Source of the DNA: Eledone cirrhosa
Lineage: Eukaryota
Direction of reading: 5' to 3'
Length of the DNA: 64,000 bases
Assembly (NCBI GenBank): GCA_964016885.1
Contig: OZ024740.1
Location: 392,088,001-392,152,000 of the forward strand
Shown here: positions 62,942 to 64,000 of the stretch, piece after piece
Layout of the letters: each line of letters opens with the position of its first letter
Numbering within the stretch: the first letter of the stretch is position 1
Notes under the pieces: generated by a model
What the model saw: the letters and a program-made list of their open reading frames with translations, nothing else
Told to the model about the DNA's origin: nothing
Databases searched by the model: none
Program-made: the position numbers and the translations under genes

Positions 62942-63148
62942 CCCTTTAGCATTCACATTACTCTATATATGCTATTATATTTTCATGGTAAATGCTTTAT
63001 CTCACATAATATCGAATCTATGAGATTTTGAAAGTATTTATTTTGAGAATAATACCTTAACATCAGTTTGAGTGACCAGTTATAGCCAGTTTCAACAGAA
63101 AAAGGTAGAGAATTCTGGCCGGTTTTGGCCAGTTTGAACATTAAAGGG
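62942..63148. mobile_element. piggyBac-like MITE
   Basis: TTAA|CCCTTTAGCATTCA...TGAACATTAAAGGG|TTAA; inverted relative to the 51430 copy. Confidence 0.8.
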
Positions 63149-63321
63149 TTAAGAACATTTTATTTGAGAAAAACCTGATGTTTTTGTTTGTGCCTCTGTC
63201 TTAGTTATATTTCTGAGCTACAGAGGAATATAAACACTGATAAAGAAACATAAATTAAAAGAGCATAGAAATAATTACATCATAGATGCATGCATCCACA
63301 AACAAGTACATACATTCACAT

Positions 63322-63473
<152 letters not shown>

Positions 63474-64000
63474 ATAGACAGATAGTTCAATCCATTTAGA
63501 AATCGAAATATTCAAGCAAATATCTATGTTATTTCAGCCATTTTTTAGTTAATTTCATAACTTTTCAAAGCACTCAACAGATTAGCATCAACTCTATGTA
63601 AAAAAACTGATAGGTAAATTGTAATGTAGCAATATCAATTTTGGTTAATTTCAGAGCAACATTTCTATTTTGAGTGTAAATGTGGTGAAATTTAGCATGA
63701 CAATAAACATTTATTTGATTTCATATGCATGAAGTCATCTTGATTTCATGTTGAGTTAACATGATAGTTGTCAGTACTTAATGTTTACAAATAATTGAAG
63801 TTATTCTTACATTATCAATGAATACAAAACTATTGAAGTTCTGATTCTGGTGCATTTTTATCTTATTTTTAATTGTATAATGAACATTTGCTGTAAATAA
63901 GAGGTTTCATTATTGATAAAATATGTCAAAAGATAGTTTTGAATCAAGCTGTGAATGGATTCTTTTTTTATTTTTTTTATTTTTTCTTAATCTGTATGAT

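Overview
AT-rich, microsatellite-saturated animal genomic DNA. The SINE/LINE complement, (TA)n/(CA)n/(GAT)n density and long introns suggest an octopod cephalopod; this is an inference, not a database result. The window is almost entirely transposon-derived. It holds one young, 5'-truncated RTE-clade LINE with an open ORF2 (36805-39686) and many RTE fragments and 3' UTRs. There are two tRNA-derived SINE families (one CORE-like with an RTE-derived tail), a Penelope-like RT fragment, CRE-, R4- and Tx1/L1-like LINE remnants, and hAT-like and piggyBac-like MITEs. A decayed Helitron carries a 91 x 37-bp minisatellite grown from its own Rep motif (IHGPCGVINPAS). Only one host exon is recognisable, PGS1-like, at 55515-55844. 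Most notable: (1) the Helitron-born minisatellite with three binary variant sites and an 18-unit higher-order duplication; (2) a C4HC3 PHD finger inserted inside the RTE reverse transcriptase; (3) minimal type I hammerhead ribozymes (3401-3445, 36383-36420, plus degenerate ones) in short fold-back cassettes embedded in (TA)n tracts. Nearly all long ORFs in the track over microsatellites and the 37-mer array are artefacts. Boundaries of degenerate repeats were set by eye and are approximate.
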